Below are positions 39,776 to 48,771 of a DNA stretch of 64,000 bases, one piece after another. The position numbers and the translations under genes are program-made. The stretch's first letter is position 1; each line of letters opens with the position of its first letter. The notes below the pieces were generated by a model. It saw nothing but the letters and a program-made list of their open reading frames with translations. It was not told where the DNA came from and did not search any database. The DNA is taken from the NCBI GenBank assembly GCA_036676395.1, contig JAKFCY010000002.1:704001-768000 (forward strand). The letters are read 5' to 3'. This DNA is from Bdellovibrio sp. (GTDB lineage Bacteria; Bdellovibrionota; Bdellovibrionia; Bdellovibrionales; Bdellovibrionaceae).

Positions 39776-40612
39776 TTAAACGGCAATTTTTTCCAGACGT
39801 TTCTCATAACGCTGTGCTAAGTTTTCGACTTTTAAGCACGTTAAAAAATCCATGCAGTTCATATCAGCATCGTAAGCAGGCTCTCCCAGAATTTCAGCTC
39901 CCACCTTAAGATAGGTTTTTAATAACGATGGAATCAAGTCTTCAGCTTGCTTCATTTCTTCGTCTGAAAGCTTTGCTGGCATGGCGTGAAAGTAATCATC
40001 AAAAAATGGCACCTTAAACGACAAGTGGGGCTTAATTTTGTATTTGCAGTTTAGATGGCCAGTTTGTTCAAAGTATTTAGTCACAAGAGCAGCTTGTTTT
40101 GGCGTGATATTCTTAATACTTGAACAGCCAAATAATAAATTGGCTTTCACATGGCGCATGTAAAAATAAATGCCTTTCCATAATAATGAAATCACGGTGC
40201 CAGTACGATGGTTGGTGTCAATGCAAGCTCTGCCAAGTTCTACAAAGTTTGAATAAGGTAGAGCAAATGATTTTAAATCAAATTCAGATTGCGAATAGAA
40301 ATCTTGAAGGCTTGATGAATTATTCATACGGTATGTGCCAACAACGGAATTTGATTTCTTATCCACGATAATTAAGTGATCACAAACTGAATCATAAACA
40401 TCGATATCTAAGCGTTGACCGTCTTTTTTATCGTCGTTGTAAAACACATCATAACGCAGTTTAAAAGCTGATTTTAATTCCCGGGTTGTTGTTGCTGTTT
40501 TTAAAAGATAGTTACCTTGATCCATTTGAAATTCAACACGGGGCTCGTAAGCCACCATATCTAGATTTCTAAATTTCAAGTCTTGCTGAATTTGTTGGAT
40601 AAATTGTAGCAT
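39776..40612 (-). CDS. olsB: GNAT N-acyltransferase, OlsB-like (L-ornithine N-acyltransferase)
   Basis: LRYDVF, DVYD..CDHL, VGTYR, ELGRACI, LFGCSS, P.LLK.YL..GA and D.DMNCMD motifs. Confidence 0.8.
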   Translation of the reverse strand: MLQFIQQIQQDLKFRNLDMVAYEPRVEFQMDQGNYLLKTATTTRELKSAFKLRYDVFYNDDKKDGQRLDIDVYDSVCDHLIIVDKKSNSVVGTYRMNNSSSLQDFYSQSEFDLKSFALPYSNFVELGRACIDTNHRTGTVISLLWKGIYFYMRHVKANLLFGCSSIKNITPKQAALVTKYFEQTGHLNCKYKIKPHLSFKVPFFDDYFHAMPAKLSDEEMKQAEDLIPSLLKTYLKVGAEILGEPAYDADMNCMDFLTCLKVENLAQRYEKRLEKIAV

Positions 40613-41528
40613 GATTAACCCTTTCCTGAGCTATTTGTTGGATAAATTGTAAAGCGATTTCATAAGTTTCATTAATTTCTAATTCTGATTTGGCAAGACG
40701 GGGATTGATTTCAACCACATCTAAATTACGCAATTTGCCTGATAAAGAAATCATTTGCGCAAAAGCATTTAATTCAGAAATCTGCAGGCCGTTCTTTACC
40801 GGAACACCCGTGCATAAAGCGTAACTGGTATCTAAAGAATCAATATCGAAACTGACATGTACGCTTTCATAATTAGAAATTTTTTCAGTTAATTGGTGTA
40901 AACAAAAATCAAGACCACTCGTTCTTAGATCATGAATCGTAAAGTGCATAATGTTATTGGCTTCTAAATAATCGCGCTCGAATTGATCTAAATCGCGAAT
41001 ACCGACATAGACTATTTGCTGATGCGGTAAATGGGTTTTCATCCACGCTAATGAAGCCGGGCGATTTTCTGGCTTTTGCATTAAGTAATAAACTGGCATG
41101 CCATGTAAATTTCCGGATTGGCTTTCTTCGGCGCTGTTAAGATCTGCATGAGCATCAATCCAAATGACTAAGGTGTTTGGATTGATGCGAAGACTTGCTT
41201 CGACAGTGGCTAATGAAACACTATGATCACCGCCAAAGTTTAGATTCACTTTGTTTTTGCGAAGCCCAAGATAAGAAAGTGCAGCTAGGTATTTATAGTT
41301 TACAAAGGAGTGCGCATTTAAATCATCGGCACTGTAAAATTTTGCACGCTTGTTACTTAAATGCTGTTGCGCGCGCCCTATCATTTCTAAATCATAAGCA
41401 GGTATTAAAGAGTCTTTTTTATGATGATTAAAGTAGCTGAGAAAGCCATCTGATGACTCGGTAAGGCCTGTGTAGGTTTGACCGATCTCTATATCTGCTT
41501 GAACAAAAGACAGAGTTGTTAGTTGCAT
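40569..41528 (-). CDS. rocF: Arginase
   Basis: GGDHS, DAHADLN, SGNLHGMP and SFDIDSLD Mn-binding motifs. Confidence 0.88.
   Translation of the reverse strand: MQLTTLSFVQADIEIGQTYTGLTESSDGFLSYFNHHKKDSLIPAYDLEMIGRAQQHLSNKRAKFYSADDLNAHSFVNYKYLAALSYLGLRKNKVNLNFGGDHSVSLATVEASLRINPNTLVIWIDAHADLNSAEESQSGNLHGMPVYYLMQKPENRPASLAWMKTHLPHQQIVYVGIRDLDQFERDYLEANNIMHFTIHDLRTSGLDFCLHQLTEKISNYESVHVSFDIDSLDTSYALCTGVPVKNGLQISELNAFAQMISLSGKLRNLDVVEINPRLAKSELEINETYEIALQFIQQIAQERVNHATIYPTNSARLEI
40590..40651. repeat. 19-bp perfect direct repeat at the arginase/olsB junction
   Basis: ATTTGTTGGATAAATTGTA at 40590-40608 and 40633-40651 (43-bp period). Confidence 0.9.
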
Positions 41529-41594
41529 GGAAATATTTTCAATCGAAAGGCGATATAATGTCCCGTTAGGGTTTGGTTTGTAACAATTGGCGTC

Positions 41595-41622
41595 TTAACA
41601 AACTCCTGACAATACTTTGAGA
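41595..41622 (+). promoter_or_regulatory. Pho-box-like 11-bp-period repeats upstream of pstS
   Basis: TTAACA (41595), CTGACA (41606) and TTGAGA (41617) at exact 11-bp spacing. Confidence 0.55.
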
Positions 41623-41669
41623 ATAAGAAAAACTAAAATCTGACTCATAAAAAACCAAGGAGCCCCTCT

Positions 41670-42650
41670 ATGAAACTTTTAAGCCTAATTGCAACTTTAG
41701 CTTTCGCAGTCTCAGCCTTAGCTGCTGAACCAAAACTTATTAAAATCGATGGATCATCAACTGTGTATCCAATCACTGAAGCGATGGCTGAAGAATTTCA
41801 AGCCTCACAAAAAGGGGCTGTAAAAATCACGGCAGCATTTTCTGGCACGGGTGGTGGTTTTAAAAAATTCTGCCGTAACGAAATTGAAGTGACAGGAGCT
41901 TCTCGTCCAATTTCGCAATCTGAAGTTGAAAATTGTCGTACCGCTAAAGTTAAATTTTATGAGCTACCAGTGGCATTTGATGCAACAGTAGTTATTGTGC
42001 ATCCATCTAATCCGTTGACTCAAATCACGGTTGAAGAACTTAAAAAGATGTGGGCCCCAGAAGCTCAGGGTAAAATTAAAACTTGGGCTGATATCAACCC
42101 AGCTTGGCCAAAAACTCCGTTGAAACTTTACGGTGCGGGCGCAGATTCTGGAACATTTGATTACTTTACTGAAGCTATCGTTGGAAAAGCAAAATCATCA
42201 CGCGGTGATTATACAGCTTCTGAAGATGACAATATCTTAGTAAAAGGTGTATCTGGCGATAAAGGGGCATTAGGCTATGTGCCTTTGGCTTATTATTTAG
42301 AGAACAGTAAAAAAATTAAAGCATTAGCAATTGTGAACAAACAAGGTAAAGCGATTCTTCCAACAAAAGAAACTGTTGAAAATGCTGCTTATAACCCGCT
42401 ATCGCGTCCTTTATTTATTTACGTAAATGCAGAAGCAGCAAAGCGTACAGAAGTTAAGGATTTCGTAATGATGTATATTAATTCTGCGAGCGAAATTGTT
42501 CCGCAAGTGAAGTATGTACCTCTTCCTAAAAAAGCGTATGACGCGGCGATTGAACACTTTAATAAAGGTAAATTAGGTACGGTGTTTAATGGCCATGCTG
42601 GTATCGGTATGACTATCGAAGAGCTTCTTAAAAAAGAATCTTCTTTATAG
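41670..42650 (+). CDS. pstS: Phosphate ABC transporter substrate-binding protein
   Basis: Signal peptide; DGSSTVYP, SGTGGG, SGTFDYF and YNPLSRPLFIY motifs. Confidence 0.95.
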   Translation: MKLLSLIATLAFAVSALAAEPKLIKIDGSSTVYPITEAMAEEFQASQKGAVKITAAFSGTGGGFKKFCRNEIEVTGASRPISQSEVENCRTAKVKFYELPVAFDATVVIVHPSNPLTQITVEELKKMWAPEAQGKIKTWADINPAWPKTPLKLYGAGADSGTFDYFTEAIVGKAKSSRGDYTASEDDNILVKGVSGDKGALGYVPLAYYLENSKKIKALAIVNKQGKAILPTKETVENAAYNPLSRPLFIYVNAEAAKRTEVKDFVMMYINSASEIVPQVKYVPLPKKAYDAAIEHFNKGKLGTVFNGHAGIGMTIEELLKKESSL

Positions 42651-42682
42651 TGCCTTGAATTCTATACAACATAATACTTATT

Positions 42683-42708
42683 AAGCCCGCGTAAAAGCGG
42701 GCTTTTTT
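42683..42708 (+). terminator. Intrinsic terminator
   Basis: AAGCCCGC-GTAAAA-GCGGGCTTTTTT. Confidence 0.85.
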
Positions 42709-42728
42709 CGTTTTAAGAGCCATTATAA

Positions 42729-42747
42729 TTGGCCTTGGTTTTGTATG
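42729..42747 (+). promoter_or_regulatory. sigma54-like promoter (GG-N10-GT variant)
   Basis: TTGGCCTTGGTTTTGTATG. Confidence 0.45.
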
Positions 42748-42767
42748 TAGAGTCGTAGGGGGACAAA

Positions 42768-43328
42768 ATGAAACTAAAAATCGCTATCTCTACATTGGTT
42801 TTACTGGGTGCATTTTCAGCAAATGCAGCAACTTTTGGTGCTTTAACAATCGCCGGTGCAGGCTGCGCCAATAAAACTTCTGACTTAAAAGTTATATCGC
42901 AAGAAGACTCGTTATACGCCCTTCCCTTAAATCTTTACGTAAAAAAAGAAGCTGGTACTTCACTTGATCGCAAAGCCTGTACCGCAAGCTTATTGGTAAC
43001 ATTAGCAAGTGATGAAAAACTTGTTGTCGAAAATGTTTCGCAAAAAGTAAATACACGTGTTCACGCGGGTGGAACAGCAAAAGCCCAACTTGAAGTGTTC
43101 TTAACCGGACAAAAAGGTGAAGTGTTAAAAGCTGAATCTGTAGCCGCTGATCAATACGTAAGTTCTCGTCATCATCTTTCACAAGATGGTGTTGTTGCTG
43201 AATCTAGCTGTGGTGGTGAAGTCATTGTTCGTGCAAATGCTTCTGGCGTTGCCATGGCTTCGGCTAAAGTCAGTATTTATCACGAAGACCTTAAGTTAAA
43301 TCTTAAAGTCGTGAAATGCGCTCAGTAA
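42768..43328 (+). CDS. Secreted DUF4360-like protein
   Basis: Signal peptide; AGAGC...RKAC...SSCG...C cysteine pattern. Confidence 0.65.
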   Translation: MKLKIAISTLVLLGAFSANAATFGALTIAGAGCANKTSDLKVISQEDSLYALPLNLYVKKEAGTSLDRKACTASLLVTLASDEKLVVENVSQKVNTRVHAGGTAKAQLEVFLTGQKGEVLKAESVAADQYVSSRHHLSQDGVVAESSCGGEVIVRANASGVAMASAKVSIYHEDLKLNLKVVKCAQ

Positions 43329-43329
43329 T

Positions 43330-43893
43330 TTAGTTTAACGGCCAGATATAAACAGTCTGCATCGTGTTTTTTTCTAACACTTCGTAGATCTCTAAAACGG
43401 GGCCTTTACGTTGTAAGTTCTGCTCTTTAACATATTCATCGGCTTTAGGGTAAACTTTCAATGGGCCTATGCCTGGAGCACCTGTGAACAGAGCCACTGC
43501 AGCTTTTGTTTCGGCATACACTTCAGTTTTAAAACCTTCGGGTAATTTATCTTTTAGCGTGGCAAAAAGTTTAGCTTCGTTTTCATCTTTTGGGTCAACC
43601 AAACAACCACCGCGAGCGCGCAGTCGACCTTCTTCAACTAAGGCTGGGTTATCTAAGTATTCGCCAAAACTTAAACGACATTTTAAACCTTGTGATCTGG
43701 TCCATTTTTCAACTTCTTCAATTGTTGAAACGATTTTGTGGTAAGCACCCGTATAGTCTTTGTAAATCAAAGTGTATGGACCGCGCTGATCAGTCGCTAC
43801 AGTTACGCCTTTGAATGCGCCTGTGTATTGCATCAAGTATAAGAAAAAAACCACTAAACCAATCGTAACGGCGAATAATGTGTGCTTAACCAT
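43330..43893 (-). CDS. GyrI-like small-molecule-binding protein with N-terminal TM helix
   Basis: GAYHK, GEYLDNP, KVYP and LEIY motifs. Confidence 0.75.
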   Translation of the reverse strand: MVKHTLFAVTIGLVVFFLYLMQYTGAFKGVTVATDQRGPYTLIYKDYTGAYHKIVSTIEEVEKWTRSQGLKCRLSFGEYLDNPALVEEGRLRARGGCLVDPKDENEAKLFATLKDKLPEGFKTEVYAETKAAVALFTGAPGIGPLKVYPKADEYVKEQNLQRKGPVLEIYEVLEKNTMQTVYIWPLN

Positions 43894-43898
43894 TTATT

Positions 43899-44450
43899 TT
43901 AGACTTTCCATTTAATAGAACAACCCATTGACGGGGTTTGGGGTTGTAGCGGGCGGTGATTTTTTAAATCAAGGGCCGCATCGTAAAGTTCACGTTTTGT
44001 GACTTTATCTTGGTCTTGCCAGTTATCATCAAGGCGGCCGCGAAATTGTAATTTCAATTGGCCATCGTACATAAAATAATCTGGGGTACAAACTGCGCCA
44101 AATTTTTTAGCTACTTCTTGTGATTCATCGTGAAGATAAAAAAAGCTGTATTCTTTTTCGAAAAAACGTTTACGTAAATTTTCAAAACTGTCTTCAGTGT
44201 ACTTAGTGTCTGTGTTCGAACAAATCGCTACAACGTTAATATTCTGCGCTTTTAAATCTTTTCCTAATGTAATCAGGCGATCTTCAATGGCTTTTACATA
44301 AGGGCAGTGATTACAAATAAACATAACTACTAATGGATTGCCGTTTGAAAAATCTTTTAGCGAATAAGTTTTGCCATCCATGCCGGGTAAAGTGAACTCA
44401 GGGCAAGCTTGGCCGAACTCTGGCTTTTCTGGAGTATAAGTTAACGCCAT
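43899..44450 (-). CDS. Thioredoxin-family (AhpC/TSA-like) protein
   Basis: FICNHCPYV, GAVCTPD and SMGCSIKW motifs. Confidence 0.9.
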   Translation of the reverse strand: MALTYTPEKPEFGQACPEFTLPGMDGKTYSLKDFSNGNPLVVMFICNHCPYVKAIEDRLITLGKDLKAQNINVVAICSNTDTKYTEDSFENLRKRFFEKEYSFFYLHDESQEVAKKFGAVCTPDYFMYDGQLKLQFRGRLDDNWQDQDKVTKRELYDAALDLKNHRPLQPQTPSMGCSIKWKV

Positions 44451-45163
44451 AAATCCTCTTTTAAAGTTTTAAAATTAGAATATTTTGTGACCAGTTTTGG
44501 ATGCATGTTAAAAACTGCTAACATTGAAGCTTGCATGGTTTCATCAGGCTCAAGATTGGCTTCTGGAATTAAAGCGCACACTTCAAATAATAAACGATCT
44601 AAAAATTTGATCCAATCTGAGCCCATCACACCTGGAAATTTATGTTTGCTCATTTCAGAAAATAAATCTGTCGCGATCGGAAGATCAGGATGAGCAAAAA
44701 CATTTAATCCAAGGCCCACAATAATACGGTGTTGGTTGCCTTGAGTGACTGTTTCAACTAAAAGACCTGCGATTTTTTTATCGTCGATGTATAAATCATT
44801 CGGTGCTTTTAAATTCCAGTTTAAAAATGGCCATGTGGCACGGGCTGCGTGAAATAATCCAAGACCGATCATTGAAGTGATGTACGGGGTTGGAATAACC
44901 GGAGATTGAAAAGACCAGCTTGATAATAAACTAGAACCAACCGGAGGTGTGGCCCAGGTGTTGTTGCCACGCCCGCGGCCTTGAGTTTGTTCATCAGTCA
45001 CATAGAGTTGAATAGCATCAAGCCCGTTGAAAGCATCTTCTTTAGCTAGGTCATTCGTGCTTTCAGTGCTTTTTGTATAGTCGCAAGAAATGTTATGCAT
45101 TTCTGCCCATGACGCTGTAATTACGCCGATCTTGATATCGTTTAATGGTGATTCTTGTGTCAT
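44441..45163 (-). CDS. birA: Biotin-protein ligase (no HTH domain)
   Basis: STN, QTQGRGRGNNTW and KAPNDLY...KKIAGLLVE motifs. Confidence 0.9.
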   Translation of the reverse strand: MTQESPLNDIKIGVITASWAEMHNISCDYTKSTESTNDLAKEDAFNGLDAIQLYVTDEQTQGRGRGNNTWATPPVGSSLLSSWSFQSPVIPTPYITSMIGLGLFHAARATWPFLNWNLKAPNDLYIDDKKIAGLLVETVTQGNQHRIIVGLGLNVFAHPDLPIATDLFSEMSKHKFPGVMGSDWIKFLDRLLFEVCALIPEANLEPDETMQASMLAVFNMHPKLVTKYSNFKTLKEDLWR

Positions 45164-45166
45164 TGT

Positions 45167-45988
45167 TTATCCCCAGTCAAATAGAAGACTGACATCAGCA
45201 CAAGGAGCCGAATGGGTCAAGGCGCCGACCGAAATGAAATCAATACCGATAGCGGCAACGCCGCCAACGCGCTCTAAATTCATATTGCCGCTGGCTTCGG
45301 TTTTTACGAAATCTGGCACAAGTTTACGCGCTTCGGTTAACATTTCATTATTCATATTATCTAATAAAATACGGTCTACACGAAGGCCTATGGCCTCTTT
45401 AACTTGCTCTAACGTTGAGGCTTCAACTTCAATCGGTAAGTTCGTGTGCTGACGGGTACGGGTCACGGCTTGCGTAATACCACCCATCAGGGTGATGTGA
45501 TTATCTTTAATTAGAATTGCATCAGATAAATTAAAACGGTGATTCATTCCGCCACCATGAACTACGGCGCGTTTTTCTAATTCACGAAATAGGGGCGTCG
45601 TTTTACGAGTGTCTAAAATTTTACAGCGAGTGCCTTGCACAGCCATAACATATTTACGAGTTAAGGTGGCAATACCAGAAAGTAATCCTAAGAAATTTAA
45701 AGCTACGCGTTCGGCTTTTAAAACTTGTATTAAATCGCCTTCGATTGAACAAATTGTTTGGCCGCTATAAACCAAATCACCTTCTTCGAAAAGCCATTTG
45801 ATTTTTACACTGGGTTCTAAAAATAAAAGTGTTTGTTCAAAAGCCGTTGAACCAGAAAGCACTAAGTCTGCCTTCGCTTTTAAAATGGCTTCGCCTTGTT
45901 TTGGTTTTACCGCTAAGGATTCGGTCGTGATATCGCCAAAAGGCATATCCTCTTTAAGGGCTTCTTTGATTAGATCATGGATTGTCAT
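45167..45988 (-). CDS. nadC: Nicotinate-nucleotide pyrophosphorylase
   Basis: DTRKTTP, HRFNLSDAILIKDNH, EVE, LLDN and SVGALTHS motifs. Confidence 0.95.
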   Translation of the reverse strand: MTIHDLIKEALKEDMPFGDITTESLAVKPKQGEAILKAKADLVLSGSTAFEQTLLFLEPSVKIKWLFEEGDLVYSGQTICSIEGDLIQVLKAERVALNFLGLLSGIATLTRKYVMAVQGTRCKILDTRKTTPLFRELEKRAVVHGGGMNHRFNLSDAILIKDNHITLMGGITQAVTRTRQHTNLPIEVEASTLEQVKEAIGLRVDRILLDNMNNEMLTEARKLVPDFVKTEASGNMNLERVGGVAAIGIDFISVGALTHSAPCADVSLLFDWG

Positions 45989-46021
45989 GTGTTATCCGTT
46001 TCAGTTATCTATGTAACTTCG

Positions 46022-46960
46022 TTACACTGATTTTTCAATATCGGTTAGGAGTTTTTTTAATTCTTCCCTGACAATTTTCTCTGTGATTTCGGGAATAATC
46101 TGCCAACAGATTTTCTCCGCCATCGAGCGCACTTCTTCGCGCACGAGCTGTTCATCAAAACGGGTTAAAGGTTTACCTTTACCGCCGTCGTTTGAATTTT
46201 GAATTTTATTTAACGCCACTGGTGAGTTTTCAAGATAGTTTTTCAACTGGCCTTGAATTTTTGTTTCCAGCTCGTCTTCTTTATCGCTTTTAACCAAAAC
46301 CACTTCTTCAAATTCGCCGAAGTTTTCGGTTTCAATTTGAATATCGTTAGATGGATCATACTCTTCAGTGATGGTATGAACCGCAGGAGCCTTTTGTGTT
46401 TTAGCAGGCGTAGGTTTATTTTTAGTGGCCACCGGTTTTAAATCTAAAGGTTGGAAATCTTCAAGATCGTCATCGATCACTAACGAATCATTTTGGGCTT
46501 GGTTTTGTAAACGATGGCGAACCATAGTTTCAGATTCTTCGAAATCCGGAAGCGTTGGAAAATCTAATAAACCCTTTAATGGGTGAGTGTCAGTTTTTTT
46601 AACTAGGCGATTAACGACATCACGTAAACCTTCTGTATCAAAAGGTTTTTCTAAGCGACCATTAGCCCCAGCTTTTTGCGCCAATTTTTCGTCAAATTCC
46701 ATAAAACTACTCCACATTAAAACCACGGGAATATTTTTTAACTGAGGATGGGCCTTGATATCGCCGCACACTTCGTAGCCGTTACGTTTTGTTAAAAGAA
46801 TGTCAGCAAAGATAAGCTCTGGACGAAAATCTAGCGCCACTGAAATCACATCGATTCCAGAGGGAACACTTTTTACTTCGATACCGTAATCAGAAAGTGC
46901 TAGTTGCAGAACTTTCTTAATGGTCGAGCTTTCATCAGCTAATAAGACGCGTAAGGCCAT
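46022..46960 (-). CDS. romR: RomR-like response regulator (REC, acidic linker, conserved C-terminal helix)
   Basis: MALRVLLADES receiver; C-terminal AEKICWQIIPEITEKIVREE; start moved to ATG 46960. Confidence 0.75.
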   Translation of the reverse strand: MALRVLLADESSTIKKVLQLALSDYGIEVKSVPSGIDVISVALDFRPELIFADILLTKRNGYEVCGDIKAHPQLKNIPVVLMWSSFMEFDEKLAQKAGANGRLEKPFDTEGLRDVVNRLVKKTDTHPLKGLLDFPTLPDFEESETMVRHRLQNQAQNDSLVIDDDLEDFQPLDLKPVATKNKPTPAKTQKAPAVHTITEEYDPSNDIQIETENFGEFEEVVLVKSDKEDELETKIQGQLKNYLENSPVALNKIQNSNDGGKGKPLTRFDEQLVREEVRSMAEKICWQIIPEITEKIVREELKKLLTDIEKSV

Positions 46961-47037
46961 GACTAAAGTACATATCACAATACCGCTTGAGTCAAGAGTA
47001 AGGCACAATAAAATATGTAACCAGATACGGGAAAAAT

Positions 47038-48117
47038 ATGAATCGTGTAGATCGCTATATTCTAAGTCTTTTTTGGGTATCCTTTGCCGCAGGTTTAGTG
47101 ATTTTTGTGACTTTGTTTTTAGCAACAGATGTGATGAGCAATGTTTTGCGCTTCAAGTCTGTCGATACTGGGGTTTTTCTAAGCTACTACGGTTATTTTT
47201 TACCTGAAATTATTCATAAAATGTTACCGGTGGCCTCTGTCGTGGGGCTTGTATTAACAATTTCATCATTGAATAAAGGTTCAGAGCTCATTGCGTTATT
47301 TGCCTCGGGGTTAAGTTTATTTCGTATCTCACGTTGGATATTTATTTCGCTTTTAGTTGTCGGAATGATTGATTACGTGGCGAGTGATCGGTTGCTGCCG
47401 ATGTTTACAAAACAGAAGAACTTCACTTTTTATAATTTCATTGAACAAAAGCCTTCGAAGTTTCAAACCATCAAAACAGATAAGATCTGGTACCGTTCAC
47501 GCAACACGATTTTTAATATTAAAACTCTGAATGCTGAAGGAAATATAGCCCAAGGTTTAACACTTTATTTTTTTGATGAAGCTTGGAATTTGAAACAACT
47601 TTTAACCGCCGAATCTGTTGTCTTAGAAGGTTCAAAATGGCTCTTACGAAATGGTTCGATATCGGTTTTTAGTTCTGAATCAAGTTTTCCGCTGAATGAT
47701 AAATTTGAGCAAAAAACAATCGTCATGGCCGAAGATGCTCAGGATTTGCGAAGTACGGGGCAAACTTCAGATCTTTTATCGCACAGTGAACTTTCGCGTT
47801 ATATTTCAAAAAACAAAGAAGCCGGCCTTGATACAGTTAAATACGAAGTCGATTACTTTTCAAAACTAAGTTTTGCCTTAGCAGGCTTAGTGATGAGTCT
47901 ATTGGCATTGCCATTTTGCGTAGGGCAGGCACGCGGTGGTGGTATGGCTAAAAATGCAGGTATCGTGCTTGGATTAGTGGTGGGCTATTGGATTGCTTAT
48001 AGCTCAATGCAGACGATGGGATATCATGGCACGGTTCCGCCCTTTGTGGCTGCCTGGGGATCGAACATTGTGATGACCGGTTTTGGGGTCTTCTTTCTCT
48101 TGCGTCTGAAAAAATAA
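47038..48117 (+). CDS. lptG: LPS export ABC transporter permease
   Basis: DRYI, SELIALFASGLS and PPFVAAW motifs; LptF/G topology. Confidence 0.85.
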   Translation: MNRVDRYILSLFWVSFAAGLVIFVTLFLATDVMSNVLRFKSVDTGVFLSYYGYFLPEIIHKMLPVASVVGLVLTISSLNKGSELIALFASGLSLFRISRWIFISLLVVGMIDYVASDRLLPMFTKQKNFTFYNFIEQKPSKFQTIKTDKIWYRSRNTIFNIKTLNAEGNIAQGLTLYFFDEAWNLKQLLTAESVVLEGSKWLLRNGSISVFSSESSFPLNDKFEQKTIVMAEDAQDLRSTGQTSDLLSHSELSRYISKNKEAGLDTVKYEVDYFSKLSFALAGLVMSLLALPFCVGQARGGGMAKNAGIVLGLVVGYWIAYSSMQTMGYHGTVPPFVAAWGSNIVMTGFGVFFLLRLKK

Positions 48118-48156
48118 TTTAATACTCTCTGCCTTGCTGAAAGCGAGCATTAACAG

Positions 48157-48771
48157 ATGGCCAAACTTGAAATTTTAACATATCCAAATCCATTACTTCG
48201 CGAGGTTTCTAAACCCGTTGAGAAATTTACTCCAGAAGTTGTGACTAAACTTAAAAAGTTAGCTGAAGACATGCTTGAAACAATGTATGATGCCAATGGC
48301 ATCGGTTTAGCGGCTCCACAAGTTGGTGAATTAGTTCGCATGCTTGTTATTGATTGCCGTCCAAAAAGCGATTCTGGCCGCTACGAAATCGGCGATATGA
48401 CTGAGCTTGAGCAAGGTGTTACACAGCCGTTGGTTTTAATTAATCCTGTTATTGTTAAAGGTGAAGGCAAAACAACTTTTGATGAAGGTTGTTTATCTGT
48501 TCCAAGTTTTTTTGAAACGGTTGAACGTTTCGAAAAAGTCGAAGTGCAGGCTTTTGATGTTAACGGTAAAGAGGTTCGTTTTACCACAGATGGTTTATTA
48601 GCCATCGTTATTCAGCACGAGATGGATCATTTAGAAGGTACTCTTTTTATTGATCACATCAGTTTTACCAAAAGTAATAAAATCAAAAATACGATCAAAA
48701 AAAGTGGCTATCCGACAAAAGAAGAAATGGCTGAAGCGCGTGATCGTAAGAAAGAACCTGTTAAGTCATGA
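48157..48771 (+). CDS. def: Peptide deformylase
   Basis: GIGLAAPQ, EGCLS and QHEMDH motifs. Confidence 0.97.
   Translation: MAKLEILTYPNPLLREVSKPVEKFTPEVVTKLKKLAEDMLETMYDANGIGLAAPQVGELVRMLVIDCRPKSDSGRYEIGDMTELEQGVTQPLVLINPVIVKGEGKTTFDEGCLSVPSFFETVERFEKVEVQAFDVNGKEVRFTTDGLLAIVIQHEMDHLEGTLFIDHISFTKSNKIKNTIKKSGYPTKEEMAEARDRKKEPVKS

Noticed and set aside
46961..47125. N-terminal extension of the response regulator in the ORF track
   Set aside because: Overlaps lptG on the opposite strand; the receiver domain starts at ATG 46960
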